From: Lingula anatina
Taxonomy: Eukaryota; Animalia; Brachiopoda
Length of the DNA stretch: 64,000 nt
Assembly: GCA_051362555.1 (NCBI GenBank)
Contig: CM120648.1
Span: forward strand, 19,340,587 to 19,404,586
Reading direction: 5' to 3'
Position numbers and translations under genes: made by a program. Positions 52,289 through 63,736 of this stretch are shown in pieces; positions within the stretch are counted from its first letter, which is position 1, and every line of letters starts with the position of its first letter. The notes below the pieces were generated by a model. That model saw nothing but the letters and a program-made list of their open reading frames with translations, was not told the origin of the DNA and did not search any database.

Positions 52289-54557
52289 TTCTTTTGGCTT
52301 GAAACTTACAGAACTAATGAATATTCATAATACGCAGGTCAAGTTTGAAAATCAGCAAGATCGTGCAATTTTTATGGAAGTTATCCTGTTTTTTTTTTTT
52401 TTTTTTTTTTAATTTTTTCAGCACTTTTGTAACACCGATAACTTGATAAGTGTAAAAAAGTTTTCCTTTTGGATTGAAATTTACAGAACTGGTGAATATT
52501 TATAATACGCAGGTCAAGTTTGAAAATTGGCGTGATTGGACTATTTTAACAAAAGTAATGCTGTTTTTTTCCTTTATTCAGCATACATGCAACACTGATA
52601 ACGCATTTTAAGGAAAACCAATCAGCCTTTTGTCTTGCAACTCACAGGAGTGATCAATCTGACCAGTATACAGATCAAGTTTGAAAATTAGCTTGATCAG
52701 TTAAGTTTTGATGAATTTATTAGCCTTTTTGTATATAAGTGGTTTTTCTTCAGACTTAATTCTTAAGCATGTTAACAGTCTCATTACAGAACTAATTGGA
52801 TATGTAAAAGTGTTGTTTTAACATTTTCTGCTTCTTAACAATATTGTTAGTTGATTATATAAAAATGACGGTAAACCTATTATAGTGCATTGTGTAATAA
52901 AGTATCAAAAATGGAAAGGAACTCATCATTGCAGTTTGTCAGATTCAATCATTCACTATGTTCAGAATCTCCAAATGGAGCAAATTGGACATTATAAATT
53001 GTTCTATTTATATTTTTCCTATGTCAACAATTTTCCTAGTTGATCATATAAAAATGACAGTAAATTGATTATTGTTTTATGTAAAAAAAGGTGTTGAAAA
53101 TGGAAAGAAAATCATTTCAGTACAGTTATCTCTTGTTAACATTTTGGCATTTTGAAAGTGTGACTCTGAACTTCCATGTCCTTGGAGACCTTTCCGTATC
53201 ACATTTTCTGAATATCCATGATACTTTTATTTTTTTTATAAAAAAATTGACGGTTTATTGCTGTTAAGTATTATGTTATATTGCATGAAAGTTGAAGAAA
53301 ACCCTACTTTGGACACTGCTGCCAGGATAGCGATTAAGGGAAAACCATGTTACTTATGATAATCAACCTTACTGAAAAGACTGAAGTGCAGCTTGTGTTG
53401 GAAAACCATTGTAATTGTTTTCTGTTTTGAAAGCAATGCAGTAGAGTGCTATTTGGTGCAATAAATGTATATGGATAGTAGGCAGTTAATTCAGGGTTAT
53501 AAAGTAATTTGCTTAATTGATTTTCAAGTTATTTCAGGGTTATAAAATAATTTGCTTAATTGATTTTCAAGTGGCCATTAAATGAGATTACATAAACACA
53601 CATTGAGATTTCATTGTAAAGTCCCATAGGTTTAGCTCTCTTAACTGTGTCACATAATTAGGAATCGATTATTATTATGCAGGTAAATGTTATTTAATAT
53701 TGAAAATAAGTTTACAAAAGAAAAAATTTGTGTTACGCTTACATTAATGCTAAAGATGAATAACAGTGCCTTATTATTCTCAAACTCAATAGGGTTATTC
53801 ATATCATGTTAGTAATTTTACAGCTAGATTAAAAGTTTGAATAGCAGCTTTATTGGTATTTTTTGTTGTTTTATTTTACATTTTCTTTTAATTTTTTTTT
53901 CAAACACTAGCATCTTCAAGATGACACTTTCAACTGTCATCCACCAGAAGCGCTGTGTATTTTGTTTTTCCACATTAGCAGTTGTGTTGGTTTTTGTCTT
54001 TAAACATTGTGTAATATTATTTTATGCACTGTCATTATTTTTCACATATAGGGATTTTCATAATGTGAATTTGAACTCTCACATATGGTCCTGAAACTGA
54101 ATCTTATTGACCATGTTATTCTGTTGTATATATTTTTGAAATTTTTATCTTTTACCTACTGGCATTTTCAGTGTGGGACTTTTAACTCCCAAGGGTATGT
54201 AACAGTTCACTTTTATTGATACTACCTGTTGTGCAATATTTGCAACTTGATGATGATGATGACAAGTTCAGATATCAGATATCAGAATAATAGCTATGAC
54301 TGCCCTTTTTGTGGTAAAACAAAATATATTATATTTCTGTGACTTGTTTACACTGTTTAAACTGAAGTTGGATGATTCATATCATGGTTATGCAGCTAGA
54401 CTGAATTGAGCCTTAGTGGAATATTTTTGTAATTTTTTCTTTAATTTTTAATTTTTCAAACTGGCATTTTCAAGATGTGACTTATCACTCCCATCCACCA
54501 GGAGCCCTGTACTGTAACTTTGTAACACTTTCTGTATTTTTTTAACTTACAAGTATG

Positions 54558-54626
<69 letters not shown>

Positions 54627-54710
54627 GAGTTTAAGCAATGAGTTTAAGAAATGTTCACTTTATCTCATTCTGGCATTTCCAAAGTTTAACTCTTATCAGC
54701 CTCAAGCCTT

Positions 54711-54931
54711 AGGGACTATTTCCAGACCCTATCACGCTAACTGTGGATCGATGTATCTCCAAGGGAATTCTCGCTAAATTGCAATCAATGTAGGTGGCTT
54801 AGCTGTCTGTCACGCCTACTGAAACTGGCATGCCAGAATCCTAAGCCACTTAAACTGAAAGCAAATTAGTGAGAAACCCCTTGGAGTTGGATTGATCCTG
54901 TTACATTGATCTAGGTATGGGAACTCAGTCT
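54711..54931. mobile_element. PIF/Harbinger-like MITE
   Basis: Flanked by tta/taa. The paralogous empty site agccttatgtttgttacaca is at ~49031. Confidence 0.7.
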
Positions 54932-55375
54932 AATGCTTGTTACACATTTTACTTTCATCCTAATTCAATGTTATGCAGAATTAGAATTTGATGTTGGCTA
55001 TGTAGTTACAGTAAGCATAATACATTAATGCATCAAAATTGACAGTATCCTATTTCCTGCGCTTTTTTCTGTTTTTTGTCTGTACATTTGACAGCTTTGC
55101 TGCCTTGTTCTTATTTTTACTTCTATTTTTTTTTACTTTTAACTTACAAATCTTCTATATAAAGAAATAGCATATATTGTTACTAGCATGTACCCCCTGT
55201 TCATATGACAGTACATTTCACTGACTACATATTTCTCCCATAATGCAGTGGTGGTTGCTGTATATTTTACACAAACACATACACACACACACACACTAGT
55301 GTACCACTCTATCTCTTTCCCTATAAAATTCTTGTACAAAAAGCATTGATCATTATCATATTTTTCTATTAGTAG

Positions 55376-56142
55376 GTGTGAATGCCCCAGATGTGTCATC
55401 TGTTTATACACAGAGGTTTGCAAGGCTGAGTTATCTCGTTATTGAACTTGGAACGAAAGTCATTAGAACTTTCTTCCTCAAGGATGTTGTTAGGCCTGGC
55501 ATCACTAATGGTGAGCACATCAGTGATAAAGATGCAGTGCTTCAGTTTTTTGGTAAGCATGACGTGATAAGGGAACTTGAGAAACTCAAGAAAACAAAAG
55601 TCATATTTGCTTCTCAGTGGAATCTGTTGTACCCTGCCTCTGGTCATACAGATGTGGAAACATTTGACATTACATTGCTAGTGTTATTGATAAGAAAACT
55701 TCACCCAGACAAAGCCAACCTGAAATGGTCAGCGCCCAAAGAAAATGCCACTTTACCTTCCTCTCCACAAACAACACAAGGTTTCATCGACCACATCCAA
55801 CGGCTTAAGAATGTCAGGAACTATATACAGCATTTCGCCACATTTGGGATCCAAGACATGGAGAAATTCTGCACAAATTGGGAAATCGCCTGTGCTTCTG
55901 TTCTAGTACTTGGTGCAGATCCAAAGGAAGTGAAAAAGATACAGGAATTCAACTTTCGCAAACAGGAGATAGATACAATAGTGTGTGAAATACGCAGCTC
56001 GGCCGAAGATAACAAACGGCATTTCGACAGCAGATTTGACAGGCTTGAATTACTAATATTTTCCTTTGTACGTGATGTTCGCTTTGCCATCTTCTTTGTC
56101 GTCCTCATTGCGTTAGCCATAAATTACCAGTGGTGGATTTAG
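55376..56142 (+). CDS. Terminal exon 10: DZIP3/hRUL138-like HEPN domain plus C-terminal hydrophobic (TM) tail
   Basis: RFARL...GTKVIR, QWNLLYP, FDITLLVLLIR, IQRLKNVRNYIQH (Rx4H), tail FAIFFVVLIALAINY. Polypyrimidine tract with ttagtag acceptor in phase 1; no ATG of its own; stop TAG at 56140-56142. Confidence 0.85.
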
Positions 56143-58784
56143 GTGGGGAGGGGTCAGGGGGATCCTGGTTTCTGAAAAAAAATCACACTAGTATTCCCCT
56201 CTTGAAATTAGAATTTTGACTAGCTGAATTATAGTTCTAAATAGAACCGAATGACACTGTTCTCCCTATAAAGTATCAAATTTTTTCAGTGCCTTTTTAT
56301 ACCTCATGGAACTGAATCAGTTGCCAGTTTTTCATGTTACCCATAGTGCATTATACAAGAGGGTAAGAGTGATTATGCTATTATGTAACAGTGCATCAAA
56401 ATTGGCCAAAACATTATTTTGTGCACTTTTTTCTGTAGTCTGAATATTTCACAGTTTAACTTTTGCTGCCTTGTTTCTTGGTGTCTGTATATTTGCAAGC
56501 TTTGTATATTTTTTAATTGAAATGTTGGAAAATAAGTAAAAGTAAAATGTCTGGATATTAGGTAAGATTTTTGAAAATATTTACCAGATTATACACATAA
56601 TATTGCTTATTGTAAAAACTTCCAAGTCTAAGATTTCATTCTAGAGTTTTATCATGTCTATTAAAAAGTTTTGAAGTGCAAAAAAAGTGTTTGCAAAAAA
56701 AAGTGAAGGTTATGTCAATGTAGTATATTTAATAATTATCCATCCATCAACTATTATAGTAGTTTAACTTCATTTACAACATATTTACAATATATATATC
56801 CACTTACTGGTTGGAAAAGCTTACAAATTTAAGTGAATATTGCAATTTTATGTAATTTTTTAAGTTTTGAGGATGTCTGCCAAATGTGGGTTGAGCAATA
56901 TTTTGCTCAAAAATTAGCTTTTAAGCTACAATATTCTTAAAAGGTAGCCATTGTGACTGAGCATTGTTTTGTTTTTGTCGTTTCACATATTGATTTGGGA
57001 AGCAACCGTGTGCTGCAGTCATTGCGTAAAAGAAGTTATTACATACAATGTGTAACAGTGATTTCAGTATTTTTTATCTACAAGTTACAATTTGTGAACA
57101 TTCCGTGAATGGGACTCTGCACCAAACAGTTTCATATTGTCACCTCAAGTTTGTAAAAGCTGCACTTGGTTGGGAAATTCAAGAATGAAAAAAAAAAGTT
57201 CTGTTAAAGTTAATCTTTTACTTCATATTGTATCTGTATACTGTATATTCAACATGGACATATCACTAATGAAAGACAGTTTCAAAGGCAGCCAAATGAA
57301 TGTAATAACTTGCATTAATATATTATCAACAATTTCATTGTAATAAACCTAGGAAAACTGACAACTTTTTTTCATGCTGTCTAAGACCAACCTCTTCCTA
57401 GGGCATGGACACAGAGGGCCATGGAATAAATGCTACAACAGCATGCTTATAAGCCTTCACAATGTTCCAATAGTATTCAGTGAATATAAGATAAAGTACA
57501 AAAAGCAGTAGGGCTCATAACTGTACATTAAATAATCTTCACCCAGAAATGTTACAAAATACTGGTCATCAAGTACAACTTCTTCAAAATTGCAGAAAAC
57601 ATTGTTCTACTGAGTATGATTTGAATTTAACCTTTTTTTTTATCATTTTATATTTTTTGCACTTAAACAAAAACCTTTATTTTGCAAAACTGGTTATAAA
57701 TATTGAATATACATTCATCTGGATAAAAATGACTCCTTTATCAAATGTACCATTCCACTGTTCTGCATTAATGTGTGCAATCATTTGACACTGACAGTAA
57801 CTCCACTTTTCAATAACCAGTTGTTCAATTTTTTTCACCTAGCTGATAAAATAAATTTACATAGAAAAGCATGACAGTATTGACTGTGCAGCAACAAAAT
57901 AATTACTATTAGAGGCATTAAACTCTACATCAAAATTTTACAGAAAAATTTCCACAGGTAAAGCACTAAAATGTAAAATTATTTTAAATAATTCAAACTT
58001 GCATTAAAAACATTACAATTAAAATTAATACCTCTTTAGGTGTCAGAAACATTCACTGATAAAACATAAAAAACTAAAGATAAAAATACTGATGAACCAG
58101 AAGATACCAACTTCTCTCCACAGTCAACAAGAAATGTCAACTCTCACAACAACATACTGGAAATGTCTTCTAAATAATCAGAGTGGTTGCCTAGGCTGAA
58201 AAAAATTATCTGCTGTCTCAGTCCTGTAACTGTTTCACACCTTGACTGAAATGTACTCAAATTTGGTACATTTTTTCAAATTATCCCTCAACTGCTAAGG
58301 GAATTGGCATTTTCCACATGCTACTTGTTCAGTGAAATAAAAAAAAAAAAACGTCATCTCATTGGTAGCTGTGGATCTTCTAAATGGTCTCCACTGGTGT
58401 ATGTACTGTGGCCTGGAAAGAGAATACCAAAGTCGTCAGCATGGTCATAGAGTGCTCGGCTACTTAATTTGCTTATACTGGTAACATTGAATCTATTTTA
58501 TCGTAAGAATTGTAACAATGCAAACTTTAAACATAATCACAGTTGTCATTTGCATAAATGGTAATCAGTTGCAATAATTGACCTATTATATCAATTTGAC
58601 AAGTATCTCAAACAGTGCAGTGCATGTTGTACTATACTTGACTAACCAAATACACAATTCCCTGTACAAGGATTTGGAGTTACATTATATCTAAAGTCTA
58701 AAATCTGAGTGACCTGACACCCACCATACAGAATTTAAGATATATTATAAATATTGATTCTTCCTACTCACTTTCTGACTTATC

Positions 58785-58992
58785 CCCCCCCCCCCCCCCA
58801 CACATTGAGAGCTAGGAGATACAAATAACTTACAACCATTCTGGATGAGTCCCCCCCCCCATTGAGAGTTAGGAGATATAAATAACTTACAACCATTCTG
58901 GATGAGTCCACCCCCCCACCCCCCCCCCCCCACCCCCCAATTGAGAGTTAGGAGATACAAATAACTTACAACCATTCTGGATGAGTCCCCCT
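58785..58992. repeat. Minisatellite, 3 copies separated by poly-C
   Basis: attgagagttaggagatacaaataacttacaaccattctggatgagtcc occurs three times. Confidence 0.9.
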
Positions 58993-59262
58993 CCAAGGGC
59001 CATGCATCCATCCACCATTTTAGATAATAACCGGTACTTCCTACGCATTTTTGATTGACATCTACCCCCTCCCCCTTATAAACTACTATATATTCATGAT
59101 CAACATTCCAGATGAGCTCCTCCTTCCTCTCTCCCCACAGGCCTGTTAACAATTACTTACATTCCACTTCAGGGGCTGGTCATCAGCCTTAAGAATACAC
59201 TGGACACTGAGTTAAGATGGTCACTTTCTGGGTGACCTCCCTGGGGTGGTCATCATCTGATG

Positions 59263-59431
59263 CAGGGGCGGATTTAGGCCGTCATCTGGGTCTTCCGGAA
59301 GACGGTCAGATTTTCTAGTTTATATTGAAGGGTATCTATTTTTTTTCTGTCGGAAGACGGTCAAAAATGGAAAATGGATAACCAAATATAATATGGAAGA
59401 CTGTCAGGAAATATTTCTGGATCCGCCCCTG
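59263..59431. mobile_element. 169-bp MITE inserted in a DIS3L2 exon
   Basis: Perfect TIR caggggcggat / atccgcccctg; flanks tgatg / tggtg. Eroded copies at ~18296, 38992, 44906, 45348 and 49263. Confidence 0.9.
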
Positions 59432-59680
59432 TGGTGCCCACACCAGGGTCAGCTCAGGACATTTACGGACCTTCTGGTAGGAGAAACTGCTCAGGGGAAG
59501 TTTCTGGAAACACGAAGCAATGGTCTTTATCATATAATTATATTTGACAAAGTATATCTGCACAGTGGAAATGTGTTAAAAAAACTAAAAAAACACTTCA
59601 CCATGGCGTTCTTCAATCTCATTCGCCATTGGCTGCATAAGAGGACAACTGGCAAAATACCCTTGGAATAATGATATCTT

Positions 59681-59906
59681 AGGGTGCATTCCCAGAGATT
59701 TAGATCGATCCAGAAATTTAGATTTATATCGACCTAACTCCCAGGGGTTCACGCTAAATTGCAGTCAGCCGAGCGCGCACCGTAGTTAATTACCCCCTTA
59801 CAGCTTTTAGTAGGCGGGACAGATGCTTAAGCCGACTAAGCTGACAGTAATCTAGTGAGACTCCCCACAGGGATAGATCGATCTAAAATATATGGAAATG
59901 GGGTCT
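59681..59906. mobile_element. PIF/Harbinger-like palindromic MITE
   Basis: tta/taa flanks; similar to 54711-54931 and 1850-2300. Confidence 0.6.
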
Positions 59907-60157
59907 AATATACACTAAACAGGACATATTTTTCAATTCCAGTATAAGATAAACTGGCTATTCTCAAAGAACATGTCACTGCTGAGCTCTTGGACCTGTT
60001 TGGAAGCATTCCTCCTATCATTGCAGTACTCTGCCTGTCTCTGTACGGACTCCTTGGACTTACTGGGAGGGACACAGTAGCCTGGAATTATGAGTGTTCT
60101 GGTGATACATAGGTACTGGTTTAACATGATAAGTAAGCTGTAAAATATAAAATGACC

Positions 60158-60500
60158 CCCAGCAGTCTGTGTGGTATGACATAGAACACTTACCCATACA
60201 GGCACCCAGCAGTCTGTGTGCTATGACATAGAACACTTACCCAGAAAGACACCCAGCAGTTTGTGTGGTATGACATAGAACACTTACCCAGACAGACACC
60301 CAGCAGTCTGTGTGGTATGACATAGAACACTTACCCATACAGGCACCCAGCAGTCTGTGTGCTATGACATAGAACACTTACCCAGAAAGACACCCAGCAG
60401 TCTGTGTGGTATGACTTAGAACACTTACCCAGACAGGCACCCAGCAGTCTGTGTGCTATGACATGGAACACTTACCCAGACAGGCATCCAGCAATCTGTG
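60158..60500 (-). repeat. 47-bp tandem repeat of the DIS3L2 exon end and splice donor (7 copies)
   Basis: acttac (gtaagt on the - strand) at 60188, 60235, 60282, 60329, 60376, 60423 and 60470. Confidence 0.95.
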
Positions 60501-60699
60501 CACAATGACATCAGCATACCTCCTAATGGGGGAGGTGAAGTGAGTGTAGAGAGGAACACTGAGGGCATAGTGTCTGAATGCGTCCTCATCATCAATACAG
60601 CCAGTGCAGAAATAACGGGCAGTCTGAAACACACGGTGGAAGGGAAATGTTTCACTCAATTCATTGAATAATGCTTAAACACCCTACCTCTCTCTCTCA

Positions 60700-60765
60700 T
60701 TAAAATTTGATGCCAAAAATATAGCAAACTAAGAGACAAGGCATCAAAGCTGTCAAATGTACAGA

Positions 60766-60807
<42 letters not shown>

Positions 60808-62084
60808 AAATAACAATGCAAAAAATAGGCTACTGTCAATTTTGATGCAAAAATACATTATGCTAACTGCAAATTCAACATGAAATTTTAATTCTGCTCA
60901 AAATGTAATACCAAGTAAAATGTCTACCAAGCATAGGGCTTCAGGCCAATGGGAGTTCAAGTTCACACTTTGAAAATGAAAATTTCACACAATATTCCAT
61001 AACTTCAATAATAAATGAGCTGGCTTTCTAATTTGACCTGCATGCCAATCCTAAAAATCATACTTGTAAGTTAAAAATAATAAGTAACACAGTTTTCTTT
61101 TCATAATGTTTGTAGTAACAGTGCAAAAAGATTTTTGTCAATTTGGATGTAACATTACATTATAAATTACAGAATAATTATCACCAATTTTTGATTATTT
61201 ACTATAAATAACATGGACATGTAGAAAATTTGATTACCATTCGGCTTCATATCCATGGGAGCTCTGAGTCCCACAGTGAATATGCCAACACGCTAAAAAT
61301 GTACCCTCTACCAGGGCGAGTGATAGATTCTTTTACAGATACTCACAGATAGTGACTCACACCCTGTTGAGGAATCTCAAGGCTGATTACATGGCTAATA
61401 ATCGTATGCATAACTGCTCAGGCACTGCCACTTAGCAGGTCCAGTCTAAGTCTGCGTGACAGCAATCAAGACAGTTAATTACTCTGACTTCAATCACTTG
61501 CTCTTCTGTGACAGATAAAAAAGCCTGGTTGCGTAACGAGCAGTTATCACATGGTTGTGAAGCGAAGCTCATGCAGAGCAAGTACAAAGCCTTTGGCGCG
61601 CGGGCAGAGATAATTGCTCCCATATGGGATTCCTCAACAGGGTGGGTTCAGCTGAAAATGACCATACAGCCAGCCAGAGACACATCTGTGAACATCTGCA
61701 AAAAATCCATCACTCACCATGGTAGAGGGTACTAAAAATGAATATTTTACTAAAATGTATAACTTCCGGAAAAAGAAGCCAATTAGACTGCTTTTCCAAC
61801 TCAGGCTGCATTTTAGTCCTGTGTTTCTTTTTTTGAAAGTTTTACAATCATAAGTAACATGGTTTTTCCATAATGGTCATCATGGCAGCAGCACCCAAAA
61901 TTGTGTTTTCTTCTATTTTAATGCAACATAACATAAGGTTTAACAGCATAATGACCATCAATTTTTAATAATAAAATATGCGTATCATGGATTTTCAGAA
62001 AATGTGACTAGCATGGGTCTTCAAGCCCGTGGAGGTTCTAAGTCACACCTTGAAAATGCCAATATGTGAAAAATTAAATTTTCA

Positions 62085-62134
<50 letters not shown>

Positions 62135-62500
62135 GTTTAACTGCCAGAAAAAAATTACCAAACAGACTGCATTGCCTAATGAAGCTGTATTTTAGTCCCA
62201 TATTTCTTTCCTGTAAGTTTGAGAACAGTAAGTGACATGGTTTCCTTAAATGGTCATCATGGGAGCAGTGCCCAAAATAGGGGTTTCTTCAAATTTTGAT
62301 GCAACATTACATAATGTTTAACAGCATAATGACCATCAATTTTTAATAATAAATTATTAGTAACATGGACATACAGAAAACGTGACCAGCAAAGGCTTCA
62401 GGCCAATGGAACTTCAAAGTCACACCTTGAAAATGCCAAAATGTAAAGAAGACAGCACTGTTCTGACATGGGTTCATTTCCATTTTAAACCCTTTTTTAC
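60700..62500 (-). repeat. Inverted copy of the repeat segment that fills the ROCO introns
   Basis: Reverse complement of blocks at ~37100-38000 and ~48350-49200 (e.g. caaagctgtcaaatgtacagacaaaa; ttaacagcataatgaccatcaattttt). Confidence 0.85.
61302..61731. mobile_element. 430-bp MITE with 9-bp TSD (Mutator/MULE-like)
   Basis: ~38-bp TIR taccctctacca... / ...tggtagagggta. Exact TSD ctaaaaatg at 61293-61301 and 61732-61740. Confidence 0.9.
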
Positions 62501-62740
62501 CATACAGGTTGTATTTTGTACAACTTCAAAACAAACTGGAAATTCAGCAATAAAATAAAATCAGTGTCATTATTATAATTTTTATCAACATTGTTTGGTA
62601 CCACCAGCATTCCAATCACATGCAAGCACTGGTAAATATATAGGCACTTTGTACGTGTGAAATGAAAATTACAATAATAAATACGATAACATTAACAAAT
62701 TCAAATCACGCTGGACTATCAAAAATTACATAACTTTACT

Positions 62741-62948
62741 TGTACTTACGTGTAGCGCCTACCATACACAAGGTAACAGACACCCCAGAGTTATAGAGAG
62801 CCAGTGCCTGTACTTACGTGTAGCTCCTACCATACACAAGGTAACAGACACCCCAGAGTTATAGAGAGCCAGTTCCTGTACTTACGTGTAGCTCCTACCA
62901 TACACAAGGTAACAGACTCCCCCAGAGTTATAGAGAGCCAGTTCCTGC
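62741..62948 (-). repeat. 68-bp tandem repeat of the SDR exon end and splice donor (3 copies)
   Basis: acttac at 62744, 62812 and 62880. Confidence 0.95.
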
Positions 62949-63024
62949 CTGAGGACGCCAAAGAACCCCTGGAGAGCATACTTAGTGGCGGTGTAAACGG
63001 CTGTATATGGAGTGGCGGTAACTC
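62886..63024 (-). CDS. Short-chain dehydrogenase/reductase (HSD11B1-like), catalytic exon
   Basis: tttcag acceptor; GVTATPYTAVYTATKYALQGFFGVLRQEL (YxxxK). One extra G in a G-run near 62920 shifts the frame before SVTLCMVGAT|gtaagt. Confidence 0.8.
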
Positions 63025-63309
63025 CTGAAATAACAGCGTGGTCTGAATTAGTACAGATACTGTAGTGACATCTTCAGTCATCAAAAGGAAATAGTTCAAG
63101 TCTTATTATGTTCATTGCTATGACATACGCCCACTGGACTATAGGTACCATAAAACTAAAACAATTATAGTCGTGCTATTTTCAAATATATTATTTTATA
63201 AATATATTTATATAATTATAAATATATAATATTAGTTAGATTAGATTGACAGAATTGTAGGAAAATAAAACGATGGAGTTTGAAACACGTGACAGTAAAC
63301 GTTTGTACA

Positions 63310-63510
63310 TGTGTGACAAGAATGGAAGACCGGGCTGCCATATGATTAGTACAGGTTAGGGTTAGCGGTGTGACAAGAATGGTAGTCCTAGGAATGAAAG
63401 TCCAGGGTCCTATATGATTAGTACAGGTTAGGGTTAGCGGTGTGACAAGAATGGTAGTCCTAGGAATGAAAGTCCAGGGTCCTATATGATTAGTACAGGT
63501 TAGGGTTAGT
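63310..63510. repeat. ~72-bp tandem repeat containing ggttagggttag
   Basis: About 3 copies of gtgtgacaagaatgg...tatgattagtacaggttagggttag. Confidence 0.85.
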
Positions 63511-63736
63511 CGGAAGTTTGGGGTTAGTTTATTGGACTGTACAACGTTGTGGAGAATGGACTACAGTTCGTGTCAAACTGACCACTTCTGTCGCGTCTTC
63601 AATACAACAGCAACACATTCAACCTCTCTGAAACAGTATTCTGCTAGTATATTTTACGGAAATGAACTTTTTTTAAATTCACTTGTTATTTGAAACTTTT
63701 TGTTTGAAGTGATTGACAAGCTGACGACATACCCAC

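Larger units (their letters stand above)
33640..55110. repeat. Repeat-filled 22-kb intron: Helentron/HINE-type elements with 161-bp tandem units plus repeated multi-kb segments
   Basis: Hairpin head atgtacagacac-agat-gtgtctgtacat followed by a (gtc/gcc)n tract at 33646, 34032, 35631, 39622, 40336 and 45834. Unit gaaacttacagaactgatgaatattcataatacgcaggtcaagttcgaaaatc at 34144, 34305, 34466 and 34627. Separate ~336-bp units at ~36360-37430. Confidence 0.85.
58380..60623 (-). pseudogene. DIS3L2: DIS3-like exonuclease 2, 3' exons, disrupted
   Basis: Exon 60623-60476 ([29 protein letters not shown]). Exon 60081-~59965 (QAEYCNDRRNASKQVQELSSDMFF, then homology ends with no donor). Exon 59503-59161 (KLPL...PELTLVW, with a MITE insertion and a frameshift). 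Probable last exon 58412-58380. Confidence 0.85.

Noticed and set aside
55376-60623. HEPN RNase plus DIS3L2 as an operon-like RNA-decay system
   Set aside because: Eukaryotic, convergent orientation, and the DIS3L2 copy is disrupted; adjacency alone is not evidence.
62818-63024. Rescue of the SDR frameshift by using the second donor (139+68=207 nt)
   Set aside because: The length restores phase, but the shifted frame hits TAA within the first gtaagt.
63350-63530. Interstitial telomere
   Set aside because: Only about two TTAGGG-like units per 72-bp repeat.
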